Origin: Nevskiaceae bacterium
GTDB taxonomy: Bacteria > Pseudomonadota > Gammaproteobacteria > Nevskiales > Nevskiaceae
Length of the DNA: 64,000 nt
Reading direction: 5' to 3'
Assembly (NCBI GenBank): GCA_036275365.1
Contig: DASUDX010000083.1
Span: forward strand, 18,390 to 82,389
The position numbers and the translations under genes were made by a program. Below the pieces are notes generated by a model. That model was given only the letters and a program-made list of their open reading frames with translations, was not told the origin of the DNA and did no database searches. Of the stretch, positions 8,532 through 19,855 are shown in pieces (positions within the stretch are counted from its first letter, which is position 1; every line of letters begins with the position of its first letter).

Positions 8532-9572
8532 ATGTCCAGCAGCGAGCCGGTCCTGCAGCGTCTGTCCCTGGCCGCCGGCGAGCGGCGCACGGTGAATCTG
8601 CATGTGGCCGATCTCTACACCCGGGCGCCGGTGCAGCTGCCGGTGATCGTGCAGGAGGGCCGGGCCAGCGGGCCGACCCTGTTCGTCAGCGCCGCCCTGC
8701 ATGGCGACGAGATCATCGGGGTGGAGATCATCCGCCGTCTGCTCAAGCTGCCGGCACTGGGCGAGCTGCGCGGACGGCTGCTGGCGGTGCCGGTGGTCAA
8801 CACCCTCGCCTTCATCCACCAGAGCCGGTATCTGCCGGACCGCCGCGACCTCAACCGCAGCTTTCCCGGCAGCGAATCGGGCTCGCTGGCGGCGCGGCTG
8901 GCCCATCTGTTCCTCAAGGAAATCGTCTCGCGCAGCGATTACGGCATCGATCTGCACACCGGGGCCATCCACCGCCCCAACCTGCCGCAGATCCGCGCCG
9001 ATCTCTCCAATCCGGTGAATCTGCGCCTGGCCCGGGCCTTCGGCGCGCCGCTGTTCCTCAACTCGCGGCCCACCGCCGGCACCCTGCGCGAGTACACCAC
9101 GCGCCGCAACATCCCGGTGATCCTCTACGAATCCAGCGAGGCCCTGCGCTTCGACGAGACCGCCATCCGCATCGGCGTGCAGGGCGTGCTCAACGTGCTC
9201 TACGAGCTGGAGATGCTGCCGCGCCCGCCCTATGCCGGGGCGCTGCGGGTGGCGCCGATCTTTGCCGAGTCCAGCCACTGGGTGCGGGCGCCCTCCAGCG
9301 GCATCCTGCGCGCCCAGGTGGCGCTGGGTGATCATGTCCAGCCCGGCCAGCGCCTGGGGCTGATCGGCGACCCCTTCGGCGAGACCGAGACCCCGGTCAC
9401 CGCCCAGGGCGGCGGGGTGGTGATCGGCCGCCTGAACCTGCCGCTGGTGCACGAGGGCGACGCCCTGTTCCATCTGGCGCGGGTGGAGGCCCCCGATGTG
9501 GCGGCGCGCACGGTCTCGGCCATCGAGGCGGAATCGCGCAGCTACTTCGTCTCCGAGCCGCCAATCGTCTAA
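8532..9572 (+). CDS. Succinylglutamate desuccinylase/aspartoacylase (AstE/AspA, M14-like) family protein
   Basis: 346-aa ORF with zinc-ligand motifs SAALHGDEIIG (HxxE), DLNRSFPG and GIDLHTG. AAGGAGGGAGG lies directly upstream of the ATG. Confidence 0.85.
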   Translation: MSSSEPVLQRLSLAAGERRTVNLHVADLYTRAPVQLPVIVQEGRASGPTLFVSAALHGDEIIGVEIIRRLLKLPALGELRGRLLAVPVVNTLAFIHQSRYLPDRRDLNRSFPGSESGSLAARLAHLFLKEIVSRSDYGIDLHTGAIHRPNLPQIRADLSNPVNLRLARAFGAPLFLNSRPTAGTLREYTTRRNIPVILYESSEALRFDETAIRIGVQGVLNVLYELEMLPRPPYAGALRVAPIFAESSHWVRAPSSGILRAQVALGDHVQPGQRLGLIGDPFGETETPVTAQGGGVVIGRLNLPLVHEGDALFHLARVEAPDVAARTVSAIEAESRSYFVSEPPIV

Positions 9573-9707
9573 CTCGCCGGCGCCGGCGGCGGCCGCCAAT
9601 AAGGTCGGGGGCGGCGAAGCGGTGTAATCTTGCGCCTCTGGGAACCCCGGCGCCGGTCCATCCGGTGCGGGCCGGGTCAGGCAAACCTCTGCAACGGGAC
9701 AAGACAG

Positions 9708-10139
9708 ATGGCTCCAATCAGCTCCTGGCCGGCGGACACCTGGGCGTTGATCGTGTTCTCGGTGGCCGTGCTCGGGCTGGTCGGCGTGATGCTGGGCCTG
9801 TCCTGGCTGCTCGGTGGCCGGGCCTGGGGCCGGGCCAAGGACGAGCCCTTCGAATCCGGTGTGCTGAGCCAGGGCGGCGCGCGCCTGCGGCTTTCCGCCA
9901 AGTTCTATCTGGTGGCGATGTTCTTCGTGATCTTCGATGTTGAAGCGCTCTACCTCTACGCCTGGGCCATCTCGGTGCGGGAGTCCGGCTGGGCGGGTCT
10001 GGTCGAAGCCTTCATCTTCATCTTCATTCTCACCGCGAGCCTGGTCTACCTCTGGCGCATCGGCGGTCTCGACTGGGCGCCGGTCTCGCGCGCCCGGCGT
10101 CAGCAGACCCCGTCCGCGGACGCACCCGAGCAGACCTGA
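9708..10139 (+). CDS. nuoA: NADH-quinone oxidoreductase subunit A
   Basis: Start set at ATG 9708 ([17 protein letters not shown]...). Contains the FESG and [23 protein letters not shown] blocks typical of NuoA. It is the first gene of the nuo operon. Confidence 0.9.
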   Translation: MAPISSWPADTWALIVFSVAVLGLVGVMLGLSWLLGGRAWGRAKDEPFESGVLSQGGARLRLSAKFYLVAMFFVIFDVEALYLYAWAISVRESGWAGLVEAFIFIFILTASLVYLWRIGGLDWAPVSRARRQQTPSADAPEQT

Positions 10140-10178
10140 ACGCAAAGCCCCGCCCCTGCGGCAAGCATCGAGCCAGCC

Positions 10179-10847
10179 ATGGAATACACCCTCACCCGCA
10201 TCGACCCCGACCGCAGCCGCTATCCCATGCAGCAGCGGCAGACGGTGCCGGACCCGATCGAGTCCCAGGTCCATCGCAGCGTCTTCCTCGGCAAGCTCGA
10301 GGACCTGATGCACAACGTGGTCAACTGGGGCCGCAAGAACTCGGTGTGGCCCTACAACTTCGGGCTGTCCTGCTGCTATGTGGAGATGGCCACCGCGTTC
10401 ACGCCTACCCATGACCTGGCCCGCTTCGGCGGCGAGGTGATCCGCGCCTCCCCGCGCCAGGCCGATCTGATGGTGGTGGCCGGCACCTGCTTCATGAAGA
10501 TGGCGCCGGTGGTGCAGCGCCTCTACGAGCAGATGCTGGAGCCGAAGTGGGTGATCAGCATGGGCTCCTGCGCCAACAGCGGCGGCATGTACGACATCTA
10601 CTCGGTGGTGCAGGGCGTCGACAAGTTCCTCCCGGTGGATGTCTACATCCCCGGCTGCCCGCCCCGGCCGGAGGCCTTCCTGCAGGCCTACAACCTGCTG
10701 CAGGACTCGATCGGCAAGGAGCGTCGTCCGCTGTCCTGGGTGGTCGGGGACCAGGGCATCTACCGCGCCAACGAGGTGCCGCGCCGCGAGCAGATGCGTG
10801 ACGAGCGCATGGCCGCCACCACCCTGCGCAAGCCGGATTCGGTCTGA
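10179..10847 (+). CDS. nuoB: NADH-quinone oxidoreductase subunit B
   Basis: 222 aa with the cluster N2 cysteines in [15 protein letters not shown] and PGCPPRPE. Length and N-terminus are E. coli-like. Confidence 0.95.
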   Translation: MEYTLTRIDPDRSRYPMQQRQTVPDPIESQVHRSVFLGKLEDLMHNVVNWGRKNSVWPYNFGLSCCYVEMATAFTPTHDLARFGGEVIRASPRQADLMVVAGTCFMKMAPVVQRLYEQMLEPKWVISMGSCANSGGMYDIYSVVQGVDKFLPVDVYIPGCPPRPEAFLQAYNLLQDSIGKERRPLSWVVGDQGIYRANEVPRREQMRDERMAATTLRKPDSV

Positions 10848-12610
10848 TGGCCGACGGAACCCCCAAGGCCCTGCCGGAGGTGGTGCGCGAGCTGTTCGCG
10901 CGCTTCGGCGAGCAGGCCTTCACCCTCCAGCGGGTGCTCGATGGCACCCCGACCCTGTGGCTGGACAAGACCCTGATCGTGGAAGCGCTGCGCTTCCTCA
11001 AGACCGGCGTGCCCAGGCCCTACCGCATGCTCTACGACCTCACCGCGGTCGACGAGCGTCTGCGCAAGCATCGCGAGGGTCTGCCGGCGGCGGATTTCAC
11101 GGTGGTCTACCACCTGCTCTCGGTTGATCGCAACAGCGATGTGCGGCTGAAGGTGGCGCTGCTCGGCGAGACGCCGCACCTGCCGACGGCGGTGGGCGTG
11201 TACGCCAACGCCAACTGGTACGAGCGCGAGGTCTGGGATCTGTTCGGCATCGTCTTCGACGGCCACCCCTGCCTGCGCCGGATCATGCTGCCGCCGCGCT
11301 GGGAAGGGCATCCGCTGCGCAAGGACTACCCGGCGCGCGCCACCGAGTTCGATCCCTTCGTGCTCGACCAGCTGCGCCAGGATCTGGACCAGGAGGCCCT
11401 GCTGTTCAAGCCCGAGGAATGGGGCATGAAGCGGGGCACCGCCGAGGAGGACTTCATGTTCCTCAACCTCGGCCCCAACCACCCCTCGGCGCACGGCGCC
11501 TTCCGCATCGTCCTGCAGCTGGACGGCGAGGAGATCGTCGACTGCGTGCCGGACATCGGCTACCACCACCGCGGTGCCGAGAAGATGGGGGAGCGCCAGT
11601 CCTGGCACACCTACATCCCCTACACCGATCGCATCGACTACCTCGGCGGGGTGATGAACAACCTGCCCTATGTGCTCGCGGTGGAGAAGCTGGCGGGCAT
11701 CGAGGTGCCGGACCGGGTCAAGGTGATCCGGGTGATGATGGCGGAGTTCTTCCGCATCACCTCGCATCTGCTGTTCTACGGCACCTACGCTCAGGACGTC
11801 GGCGCGATGAGCCCGGTGTTCTTCATGTTCGTCGATCGCCAGAAGGCCTACGACGTCATCGAGGCGGTCACCGGCTTCCGCATGCACCCGGCCTGGTATC
11901 GCATCGGCGGGGTCGCCCACGATCTGCCGCAGGGCTGGGAAACCAAGGTGCGCGAGTTCGTCGAGTGGCTGCCCAAGCGCCTCGACGAGTACCAGAAGGC
12001 CTGCCTGGAGAACGGCATCCTGATCGCCCGCTCGCGCGGCGTGGCGGCCTACAGCACCGCCGAGGCGCTGGAGTGGGGCATCACCGGCCCCGGGCTGCGC
12101 GCCACCGGCTGCAACTTCGACCTGCGCAAGGCGCGTCCCTATTCGGGCTACGAGAACTTCGATTTCGAGGTGCCGGTGGCGCACAACGGCGATGTCTATG
12201 ACCGCGCCCTGGTGCGCGTCGAGGAGATGCGCCAGTCCATCCGCATCATCAAGCAGTGCCTGGAGAACATGCCGGCCGGGCCGTACAAGGCGGACCACCC
12301 GCTGACCTGCCCACCGCCCAAGGAGCGCACGCTCAAGGACATTGAAACGCTGATCACCCACTTCCTCGGCGTCAGCTGGGGCCCGGTGATGCCGGCCAAC
12401 GAGTCCTGCCAGATGATCGAGGCGACCAAGGGCATCAACAGCTACTACCTGACCAGCGACGGCAGCACGATGAGCTACCGCACGCGCATCCGCACGCCCA
12501 GCTTCGCCCATCTGCAGCAGATCCCCAGCGTGATCCGCGGCCAGATGGTGCCGGATCTGATCGCCTACATCGCCTCGATCGACTTCGTCATGGCCGATGT
12601 GGACCGCTGA
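10847..12610 (+). CDS. nuoC: NADH-quinone oxidoreductase fused subunit C/D
   Basis: 587-aa fused NuoCD. Its start overlaps the nuoB stop. The NuoD block [24 protein letters not shown] is present, and the C-terminal [10 protein letters not shown] is typical. Confidence 0.95.
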   Translation: MADGTPKALPEVVRELFARFGEQAFTLQRVLDGTPTLWLDKTLIVEALRFLKTGVPRPYRMLYDLTAVDERLRKHREGLPAADFTVVYHLLSVDRNSDVRLKVALLGETPHLPTAVGVYANANWYEREVWDLFGIVFDGHPCLRRIMLPPRWEGHPLRKDYPARATEFDPFVLDQLRQDLDQEALLFKPEEWGMKRGTAEEDFMFLNLGPNHPSAHGAFRIVLQLDGEEIVDCVPDIGYHHRGAEKMGERQSWHTYIPYTDRIDYLGGVMNNLPYVLAVEKLAGIEVPDRVKVIRVMMAEFFRITSHLLFYGTYAQDVGAMSPVFFMFVDRQKAYDVIEAVTGFRMHPAWYRIGGVAHDLPQGWETKVREFVEWLPKRLDEYQKACLENGILIARSRGVAAYSTAEALEWGITGPGLRATGCNFDLRKARPYSGYENFDFEVPVAHNGDVYDRALVRVEEMRQSIRIIKQCLENMPAGPYKADHPLTCPPPKERTLKDIETLITHFLGVSWGPVMPANESCQMIEATKGINSYYLTSDGSTMSYRTRIRTPSFAHLQQIPSVIRGQMVPDLIAYIASIDFVMADVDR

Positions 12611-12690
12611 ACTGCAGCCGCCGGTCTCCGGTTTCCAGTTCCCAGCCCCGGCGGCGCAGGCTGCGCCCGGGCTGGCGGCGGGAGCCGTTG

Positions 12691-12718
12691 ACTGGAAACT
12701 GGAAACTGGAAACTGGAA
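12691..12718 (+). repeat. Perfect tandem heptad array (ACTGGAA)x4 in the nuoCD-nuoE spacer
   Basis: Read directly: actggaa actggaa actggaa actggaa at 12691-12718, ending 8 nt before the nuoE ATG. A near-complementary TTTCCAGTTCCCAG lies at 12632-12645. Confidence 0.95.
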
Positions 12719-12726
12719 TCCGCTTC

Positions 12727-13247
12727 ATGTCTGAGACCGTCATCAAGCTGGCCGATCTGGTGGCCCGCAAGGCGCCGCCCGCCTTCGTGCTGAGCGAGGC
12801 CGAGCGCCACGAGATCGAGCACGCGCTCGGTCACTACCCGGACTCGCGGGCGGCCAGCATCGATGTGCTCAAGACCGTGCAGAAGCACCGCGGCTGGGTG
12901 CCCGACGAGGCGATCCCGGTGCTGGCGGAGATCATCGGCATGGGCGCGGCCGAGCTCGACGGCGTCGCCACCTTCTACCCACTGATCTTCCGCCGCCCGG
13001 TGGGCCGGCATGTGATCAAGGTCTGCGACAGCATCGCCTGCTTCCTCACTGGCTACGAAGAGGTGAAGACGGCCCTGCAGCAGGCGCTTGGCATCGGCTA
13101 CGGCCAGACCACCGCGGACAACCGCTACACCCTGCTGCCGATCTGCTGCCTGGGCGCCTGCGACAAGGGCCCGGTGCTGATGATTGACGACGACACCCAC
13201 GGCAATCTCGACCCGCAGTCGGCCGTGGCGCTGCTGGAGAGGTACGC

Positions 13248-13251
<4 letters not shown>
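12727..13251 (+). CDS. nuoE: NADH-quinone oxidoreductase subunit E
   Basis: Start set at ATG 12727 ([11 protein letters not shown]...), giving an E. coli-like length of 174 aa. The 2Fe-2S cysteines are present in VCDSIAC and [10 protein letters not shown]. Confidence 0.93.
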
Positions 13252-14597
<1,346 letters not shown>

Positions 14598-14618
14598 TCC
14601 GTCCAGGCACCAGGTCTC

Positions 14619-17300
14619 ATGGCGATCATTCACGTCGAAGGCAAGCAGTACGAGGTCAACGGAGCCGACAACCTGCTCCAGGCCTGTCTCTCGCTCGGGC
14701 TCGACATTCCCTACTTCTGCTGGCATCCGGCCCTCGGTTCGGTGGGCGCCTGCCGGCAATGTGCGGTCAAGCAGTACCGCGATGCCGACGACAAGATGGG
14801 GCGCATCGTGATGTCCTGCATGACCCCGGCCTCGCAGGGCACCTTCATCTCGATCGCCGATGAGGAGGCCAAGGCCTTCCGCGAATCGGTGGTCGAGTTC
14901 CTGATGACCAACCACCCGCACGACTGTCCGGTCTGCGAGGAAGGCGGTCACTGCCATCTTCAGGACATGACGGTGATGACCGGCCATCACAGCCGCTCCT
15001 ACCGTTTCGACAAGCGCACCCATCTCAACCAGGATCTCGGCCCCTTCATCGGCCACGAGATGAACCGCTGCATCAGCTGCTACCGCTGCGTGCGCTACTA
15101 CAAGGACTATGCCGGCGGCACCGATCTGGGCGTCTACGGTGCGGCGGCCAATGTCTACTTCGGCCGTCCGCAGAGCGGCACGCTGGAGAGCGAGTTCAGC
15201 GGCAATCTCACCGAGGTCTGTCCGACCGGGGTGTTCACCGACAAGACCCACTCCGAGCGCTACACCCGCAAGTGGGACATGCAGTTCGCCCCCAGCCTCT
15301 GTGCGGGCTGCGCGGTGGGCTGCAATGTCTCGCCGGGAGAGCGCTACGGCGAGATCCGCCGGGTGGAGAACCGCTACCACGGCGAGATCAACGGCTACTT
15401 CCTCTGTGACCGCGGCCGCTTCGGCTACGGCTACACCAATGCCAAGGACCGTCCGCGCCAGGCCCAGGTCAACGGCCAGCTGCTCGAGCCGGCCGCCGCC
15501 CTCGAGGCGCTGCGCGGCCAGCTGACCGGCCAGCGGGTGATCGGTATTGGCTCGCCGCGCGCCTCGGTGGAGGCCAACCACGCCCTGCTGAGCTGGGTTG
15601 GCGAGGCGCGCTTCTACGAGGGCCAGTCCAGCCTCCAGCGCCAGCTCACCCACACCGTGCTGCGCCTGCTGCGCGAAGGCCCGCTGGGCAATGCCAGCCT
15701 CAGCGAGATCGAGGCCTGCGACGCGGTGATCGTGCTGGGCGAGGACCCCACCGCCACCGCGCCGCGGGTGGCGCTGGCGATCCGCCAGGCCGCGCGCGGC
15801 CGCCTCGCCAGCGAAGGCGCCAAGAAGAACATCGGTGAGTGGCAGGTCATCGCGCTGGCGGACCTCGTCCAGCAGGACCGCAACCCGGTGATCCTGGCCA
15901 CGCCGGATGCCACCCGTCTCGACGACATCGCCGCCGAAACCCTGCACGGCAGCCCGGAGCAGCTGGCGGTGCTGGCCCAGGCGATCGCCCATGCGGTCGA
16001 CCCGGCGGTGCCGGCGGTGAGCGGGCTGGATGCCGAGTCACAGACCCTGGCCAGCCGTCTGGCGGCTCTGCTCGCCGCAGCCAAGGCGCCGCTGGTGGTC
16101 AGCGGGACCGCAGCCGGTTCGGTGGCCCTGCTCGAAGCCGCCGCCAACCTCGCCTGGGCGCTGCAGGCCCGCAACCCCGCCACGCGGATGGTGCTGAGCG
16201 TGCCGGAGGTCAACAGCCTGGGGCTGGCCCTGCTGCCGTCTGCCGGTGCGGTGGACGAGGCGCTGGCGGCGCTGGCCGCCGGTGAGGCCGATGCCCTGGT
16301 GGTGCTGGAGACCGATCTCTACCGCCACGCGGCGGCCGAGCGCGTCGAGGCCGCACTCGCCGCGGCCAAGGCCGTGGTGGTGATCGATCACAGCGCCACC
16401 GCCACCAGCGCGCGCGCCAGCGCCCTGCTGCCGGCGGCGACGGTGTTCGAGAGTGACGGCAGCTTCGTCAACTACGAGGGCCGCGCCCAGCGCCACTTCC
16501 AGGTCTTCGATCCCACCTACTACAACGCCGCCCACCAGCAGACCGATGCCTGGCGCTGGCTCTCGGCGCTGGCCGGCGAGCCGGTGCAGCAGCTCGATGG
16601 GCTCACCGCCCGCGCGGCCGCTGCCATCCCCGCGCTGGCAGGCATCACCGATGCCGCGCCGGCGGCGAGTTTCCGCATCAAGGGGCTGAAGGTGTCGCGC
16701 TCGCCGCACCGTGCCTCCGGCCGTACCGCGATGCGCGCCCATCTCTCGGTGCACGAGCCGCGCCAGCCGCAGGACGCCGATGCCGCGCTGAACTTCTCGA
16801 TGGAGGGCTACAACGGGGTCGGCAGTGCCGATCGCCCGCCCAGCCTGCTGCCGTTTGCCTGGTCGCCGGGCTGGAACAGCCCGCAGGCCTGGAACAAGTT
16901 CCAGGCCGAAGTCGGCGGAGCCCTGCGCGGCGGCGATCCCGGCGTGGCCCTGCTGCAGCCGGCGGCACGCGCGCCCGCCTATGCGGCGGCGCCGCGGCTG
17001 GAGAGCGCCCGCGGCCTGCGCCTGCTCAACCTGCCGGTGCACTTCGGCGCCGAGGAGCTGAGCAGCCGCGCCGAGCCGATCCGCAAGCGGTCGGCGCCGG
17101 CCCAGCTCAGCCTGCATCCGGAAGATGCCCGCCGGCTCGGGGTGAACGGGCACGCGCGGATCGAGATCGGTGGCGTCAGCGCCCGTCTGCCCACCCGTCT
17201 GTCGGCCGCGCTGCCGCAGGGCTGGGTGGGCCTGCCCGCCGGTGCCCCGGGGGTTCCGTATTTCACCGCCGGTGCGGTGATCACCGTCAGCGGAGACTGA
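14619..17300 (+). CDS. nuoG: NADH-quinone oxidoreductase subunit G
   Basis: 893 aa. Fe-S motifs present: [43 protein letters not shown]. Long molybdopterin-oxidoreductase-like C-terminal part, as in E. coli NuoG. Confidence 0.95.
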   Translation: MAIIHVEGKQYEVNGADNLLQACLSLGLDIPYFCWHPALGSVGACRQCAVKQYRDADDKMGRIVMSCMTPASQGTFISIADEEAKAFRESVVEFLMTNHPHDCPVCEEGGHCHLQDMTVMTGHHSRSYRFDKRTHLNQDLGPFIGHEMNRCISCYRCVRYYKDYAGGTDLGVYGAAANVYFGRPQSGTLESEFSGNLTEVCPTGVFTDKTHSERYTRKWDMQFAPSLCAGCAVGCNVSPGERYGEIRRVENRYHGEINGYFLCDRGRFGYGYTNAKDRPRQAQVNGQLLEPAAALEALRGQLTGQRVIGIGSPRASVEANHALLSWVGEARFYEGQSSLQRQLTHTVLRLLREGPLGNASLSEIEACDAVIVLGEDPTATAPRVALAIRQAARGRLASEGAKKNIGEWQVIALADLVQQDRNPVILATPDATRLDDIAAETLHGSPEQLAVLAQAIAHAVDPAVPAVSGLDAESQTLASRLAALLAAAKAPLVVSGTAAGSVALLEAAANLAWALQARNPATRMVLSVPEVNSLGLALLPSAGAVDEALAALAAGEADALVVLETDLYRHAAAERVEAALAAAKAVVVIDHSATATSARASALLPAATVFESDGSFVNYEGRAQRHFQVFDPTYYNAAHQQTDAWRWLSALAGEPVQQLDGLTARAAAAIPALAGITDAAPAASFRIKGLKVSRSPHRASGRTAMRAHLSVHEPRQPQDADAALNFSMEGYNGVGSADRPPSLLPFAWSPGWNSPQAWNKFQAEVGGALRGGDPGVALLQPAARAPAYAAAPRLESARGLRLLNLPVHFGAEELSSRAEPIRKRSAPAQLSLHPEDARRLGVNGHARIEIGGVSARLPTRLSAALPQGWVGLPAGAPGVPYFTAGAVITVSGD

Positions 17301-17304
17301 TCCG

Positions 17305-18300
17305 ATGCTCGACTGGCTGAGCCCCGCGCTGATCGAGGTGCTGTTCAAGGTCCTCCAGGCCATCGTGATCCTGCTCGGGCTGCTGACCGTGGCGGCGCTG
17401 ATGATCTGGTACGAGCGACGCATGCTCGGACTCTGGCAGGACCGTTACGGCCCCAACCGTCTCGGTCCCCTGGGCGTGGGCCAGGTGGCGGCGGACATGA
17501 TCAAGATCTTCTTCAAGGAAGACTGGACCCCCTCCTTCGTCGACAAGGCGACCTTCTGGCTGGCGCCGATGATTGCGCTCGCGCTGATGCTGCTGGCGAT
17601 GGCGGTGGTGCCGATCACGCCGACCTGGGGCGTGGCCGATCTCGACCTCGGGCTGCTGCTGTTCTTCGGCATCGCCGGCCTCGCGGTCTACGCGGTGATG
17701 CTCGGCGGCTGGTCGTCCAACTCCAAGTACGCCCTGCTCGGTGGCCTGCGCTCGACCGCGCAGACCATCACCTACGAGGTGTTCATGGGGCTGTCGCTGA
17801 TGGGCGTGGTGATGCAGGCCGGCTCGTTCAATGTGCGCGAGATCGTCGAGGCGCAGAGCGGGCTCTGGTACGTGGTGCCGCAGTTCCTCGGCTTCTGCGT
17901 GTGGGCGCTGGCGGCGGTGGCGGTGACCCACCGGACGCCTTTCGATCTGCCGGAGGCCGAGTCCGAGCTGGCCGCGGGCTACCACACCGAGTATTCGGGC
18001 ATGAAGTTCGGCATGTTCATGGTGGCCGAGTACGTCGGCATCGTGGTGGTGTCGGCACTGACCGTCTGCCTGTTCTTCGGCGGCTGGAAGGGTCCCTTCG
18101 TCGACACGCTGCCCTGGCTCGCCTTCCCTTACTTCGCGCTCAAGACCTTCTTCTTCATGACGATGTTCGTGCTGATCCGCGCGGCACTGCCCCGCCCGCG
18201 CTATGACCAGCTGATGGCCGCCGGCTGGAAGGTCTGCCTGCCACTGGCCCTGCTCAACACACTGGTCACCGGCGCCGTGCTGGTGGCCCAGGGAGGCTGA
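17305..18300 (+). CDS. nuoH: NADH-quinone oxidoreductase subunit H
   Basis: 331-aa polytopic protein with [19 protein letters not shown] and [16 protein letters not shown] blocks matching NuoH. Confidence 0.95.
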   Translation: MLDWLSPALIEVLFKVLQAIVILLGLLTVAALMIWYERRMLGLWQDRYGPNRLGPLGVGQVAADMIKIFFKEDWTPSFVDKATFWLAPMIALALMLLAMAVVPITPTWGVADLDLGLLLFFGIAGLAVYAVMLGGWSSNSKYALLGGLRSTAQTITYEVFMGLSLMGVVMQAGSFNVREIVEAQSGLWYVVPQFLGFCVWALAAVAVTHRTPFDLPEAESELAAGYHTEYSGMKFGMFMVAEYVGIVVVSALTVCLFFGGWKGPFVDTLPWLAFPYFALKTFFFMTMFVLIRAALPRPRYDQLMAAGWKVCLPLALLNTLVTGAVLVAQGG

Positions 18301-18302
18301 CC

Positions 18303-18872
18303 ATGACGGTGCCCGTCCCGCCGCCCGCCACCCTAAAGGGCATTCTGCGCGGCATCTACACGCAGTTCCGCAGCATCGTGATGATCTTCGGACACAGCTT
18401 CCGCAAGCGCGATGTGATCGCCTACCCGGAGGTCAAGCCCTATGTGCCGCCGCGCTATCGCGGGCGCATCGTGCTGACCCGGGACCCGGACGGCGAGGAG
18501 CGCTGCGTGGCCTGCAACCTCTGCGCGGTGGCCTGTCCGGTGGGCTGCATCAGCCTGCAGAAGGCCGAGAAGCCGGAGGACGGCCGCTGGTATCCCGAGT
18601 GGTTCCGCATCAACTTCTCGCGCTGCATCTTCTGCGGTCTCTGCGAGGAAGCCTGCCCCACCAACGCCATCCAGCTCACGCCGGACTATGAGCTGGCCGA
18701 GTACCAGCGCCAGAATCTGGTCTACGAGAAGGAAGACCTGCTGATCGCCGGCACTGGCAAGTATCACGACTACAACTTCTACCGGGTCTCGGGCATGGCG
18801 CTGTCGAGCAAGCCCAAGGGCGGCGCCCTCAACGAGGCCGCACCGGTGGATGTGAAGTCCCTGCTGCCCTGA
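18303..18872 (+). CDS. nuoI: NADH-quinone oxidoreductase subunit I
   Basis: 189 aa with two 4Fe-4S ferredoxin motifs, [12 protein letters not shown] and [12 protein letters not shown]. Confidence 0.95.
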   Translation: MTVPVPPPATLKGILRGIYTQFRSIVMIFGHSFRKRDVIAYPEVKPYVPPRYRGRIVLTRDPDGEERCVACNLCAVACPVGCISLQKAEKPEDGRWYPEWFRINFSRCIFCGLCEEACPTNAIQLTPDYELAEYQRQNLVYEKEDLLIAGTGKYHDYNFYRVSGMALSSKPKGGALNEAAPVDVKSLLP

Positions 18873-18909
18873 GGCAGCTCCTGCCCGCCCGCCTCGACCG
18901 GACCGCGAC

Positions 18910-19401
18910 GTGATCAACCTTCCCTTCTACCTCGCCGCTGCGGTGGCGGTGGCATCGACCTTCATGGTCATCATCAGCCTCAACGCCGTGCACGCGCTGC
19001 TCTACCTGGTGCTGTCGCTGCTGGCGGTGGCCGCGGTGTTCTTCTCGATCGGGGCACCGTTCGCCGGGATGCTGGAGATCATCGTCTACGCCGGCGCGAT
19101 CATGGTGCTGTTCGTGTTCGTGGTGATGATGCTCAACCTCGGCAAGGCGCAGACCGATCAGGAACGGGTCTGGCTGGCTCCGCGCACCTGGATCGGTCCG
19201 TCGATCCTCGCCGGCCTGCTGCTGTTCCAGCTGGGCCAGGTGCTCTCCACCGGCAGCTACCAGCCGGCCGGTCTGGCCGAAGTGGGGGCCAAGGCGGTCG
19301 GCATCGCCCTGTTCGGCCCCTATCTGCTGGCGGTGGAACTGGCGTCCATGCTGCTCACCGCCGCGCTGGTGGCGGCCTACCATCTCGGCAAGCACGAGTG
19401 A
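18910..19401 (+). CDS. nuoJ: NADH-quinone oxidoreductase subunit J
   Basis: 163-aa hydrophobic protein with a GTG start. Position and length fit NuoJ ([17 protein letters not shown] block). Confidence 0.9.
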   Translation: MINLPFYLAAAVAVASTFMVIISLNAVHALLYLVLSLLAVAAVFFSIGAPFAGMLEIIVYAGAIMVLFVFVVMMLNLGKAQTDQERVWLAPRTWIGPSILAGLLLFQLGQVLSTGSYQPAGLAEVGAKAVGIALFGPYLLAVELASMLLTAALVAAYHLGKHE

Positions 19402-19733
19402 TGCCCATGGACGCCTCGACGCCGATGATCGGCATTCCGATGGAGCACGGCCTGCTGCTGGCCGGCCTGCTGTTCAGCCTGGGCCTGATCGGCCTGCTGG
19501 TCCGCCGCAACATCCTGTTCATGCTGATGTCGCTGGAGATCATGATGAATGCCGCCGCGCTGGCCTTCGTGGTCGCCGGCAGCCGCTGGCAGCAGCCGGA
19601 TGGCCAGATCATGTTCATCCTGGTGCTGACCTTGGCCGCCGCCGAGGCCTCGGTGGGTCTGGCCCTGCTGCTCCAGCTCTATCGTCGCTTCGGCACCCTG
19701 GATGTGGATGCCGCCTCGCGGATGCGCGGATGA
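19401..19733 (+). CDS. nuoK: NADH-quinone oxidoreductase subunit K
   Basis: Near-colinear with my recollection of E. coli NuoK ([26 protein letters not shown]...[18 protein letters not shown]). The start is ambiguous: GTG 19398, ATG 19401 (overlapping the nuoJ TGA) or ATG 19425 (MIGIPMEHG, the most E. coli-like N-terminus). Confidence 0.9.
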   Translation: MPMDASTPMIGIPMEHGLLLAGLLFSLGLIGLLVRRNILFMLMSLEIMMNAAALAFVVAGSRWQQPDGQIMFILVLTLAAAEASVGLALLLQLYRRFGTLDVDAASRMRG

Positions 19734-19855
19734 GCACCGATCAGACCGCCCTCCGCCTGGCGGCGTGCCCCGCCGCGCCGCCGGCCCGCCCACGCCGCGC
19801 CGGGGCCGCGTTGCAACGGCCACTGCCGTCCCGCCCTCACCGGGATCACTGACCC

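Noticed and set aside
8475-10412. Upstream 646 codons of the 1196-aa minus-strand ORF 6822-10412
   Set aside because: This part is antisense to the AstE-like gene, nuoA and the nuoB 5' end. The real gene starts at the lipoprotein signal (ATG 8474).
12688-12726. TTG start at 12688 for nuoE, which would translate the heptad array as TGNWKLETGIRF
   Set aside because: ATG 12727 gives an N-terminus and length matching E. coli-type NuoE. The extension would encode a repeat-derived peptide with no counterpart. It cannot be excluded without ribosome profiling.
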